Source: a virus
Length of the DNA: 64,000 nucleotides
Strand: one strand, 5' to 3'
IMG/VR virus record: IMGVR_UViG_3300045988_117710
Positions 63,381-64,000 of this stretch are shown here, one piece after another. A program made the position numbers and the translations under genes. Positions within the stretch are counted from its first letter, which is position 1; each line of letters begins with the position of its first letter. The notes under the pieces are model-generated. The model was not told where the DNA came from. It saw nothing but the letters and a program-made list of their open reading frames with translations, and did no database searches.

Positions 63381-64000
63381 GAAGGTAATTAAGTCTGTTG
63401 ATGTTTTAGACGATATAAGAGTAAATCCTGAAGAAGGTAAGAAGACAATTCTTAAGGTTATTGATAAGGATGAGAACAGAGAAGATAGAATGAAGTCAGC
63501 TGATTCTGCTGAAGTATTTCCAACTCCTGCTGAACCAGTTATTAATGAAGCTGTTAGTTCTACATTAAATCAAAATGTTAAGGATTATTTAATTCAAGAT
63601 TTAACTAAAGAAGATTTTGTTGGTGATGAGGATGTTAAAGATGTTTTAGATAAGGTTGATATCTTTAAGATTCTTAATTCAGTTGATGGTGATTTAACTG
63701 AATCTTATGGTACTAACTATGGAGATATTAATATTCTATTCTCTAGAAGTTCTAAAGATTGTATCCGTGAGTCAGCTCTTATTGAATACTCTACTTCTGG
63801 TAATAAGTCATATGTTTTAGGACTTAATATTTTAGAAGCGGAAGATAATAAAGTTAACTTTATAGTTAAATCTAGTTATGGTGTTGATATTTATTCTAAA
63901 GTTTGTACACCAAATCAAATTGCTAATACTGTTTACAGATTCTTGGAAGCAGTTTATTTAAGAGATAAGTTTGCAAGTATTCTTAATGAATCAGTTGATT
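63373..64000 (+). CDS. 5' part of a gene running off the window end (hypothetical, 209 aa or more)
   Basis: TAGGAGAGGA RBS before ATG 63373; open to position 64000; absent from track because no stop. Confidence 0.5.
   Translation, partial: MSKKVIKSVDVLDDIRVNPEEGKKTILKVIDKDENREDRMKSADSAEVFPTPAEPVINEAVSSTLNQNVKDYLIQDLTKEDFVGDEDVKDVLDKVDIFKILNSVDGDLTESYGTNYGDINILFSRSSKDCIRESALIEYSTSGNKSYVLGLNILEAEDNKVNFIVKSSYGVDIYSKVCTPNQIANTVYRFLEAVYLRDKFASILNESVD

Noticed and set aside
1-64000. CRISPR array or lysogeny module (integrase, repressor, attP)
   Set aside because: No regularly spaced direct repeats of 25-40 bp. No tyrosine or serine recombinase motifs were recognised. The uniform one-strand architecture argues for a virulent phage, or at least no lysogeny module in this window.

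Overview
This window is a contiguous 64-kb segment of a large, AT-rich (about 30-33% GC) dsDNA phage of a low-GC Gram-positive host. A SpoVS homolog, a Hol118-type holin and CHAP/SH3-like lysins suggest a Firmicute, possibly spore-forming, host. Nearly all credible genes lie on the + strand, with strong AGGAGG-type RBSs and short overlaps. Order along the window: (i) a partial gene, a SpoVS-like gene, then four large tail-fibre/receptor-binding genes (859-8194), one carrying an SGNH/GDSL esterase domain; (ii) a holin plus a 2-TM membrane protein; (iii) a long run of small early-type genes (Zn ribbons, GIY-YIG, SprT-like protease, macro domain); (iv) a nucleic-acid metabolism block with two RNA ligases, one fused to a metallophosphoesterase, a P-loop kinase-HD protein, a Pol-beta nucleotidyltransferase, an MTA/SAH-nucleosidase-like protein, an NrdG-like radical-SAM activase, a second radical-SAM enzyme followed by three paralogues sharing a GVFETNSSS N-terminus, a PPP phosphatase, ATP-dependent DNA ligase, an SbcC/Rad50-like ATPase split into three ORFs, a sliding-clamp-like protein, C5-cytosine methyltransferase and a DEDDy exonuclease; (v) CHAP endolysin and a membrane-anchored 3D-domain protein; (vi) a tail/baseplate module (tape measure with M23 peptidase, Dit-like protein, a ThyX thymidylate synthase embedded in the module, 1015-aa tail lysin, LysM-like, gp25-like and baseplate-J-like proteins); (vii) DnaB-like helicase and low-complexity acidic/Pro-rich proteins. 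Intergenic regions carry about 20 copies of a conserved TTTCGTATAAT promoter-like motif, usually directly after rho-independent hairpin terminators and sometimes with a TTGACT -35 inside the terminator stem. Three GC-richer ORF-free stretches lie at 31.2-36.2 kb; the largest (31244-31761) looks like a structured ncRNA. No integrase, CRISPR array or tRNA was found. All functional calls rest on motif recognition by eye; no database search was run.
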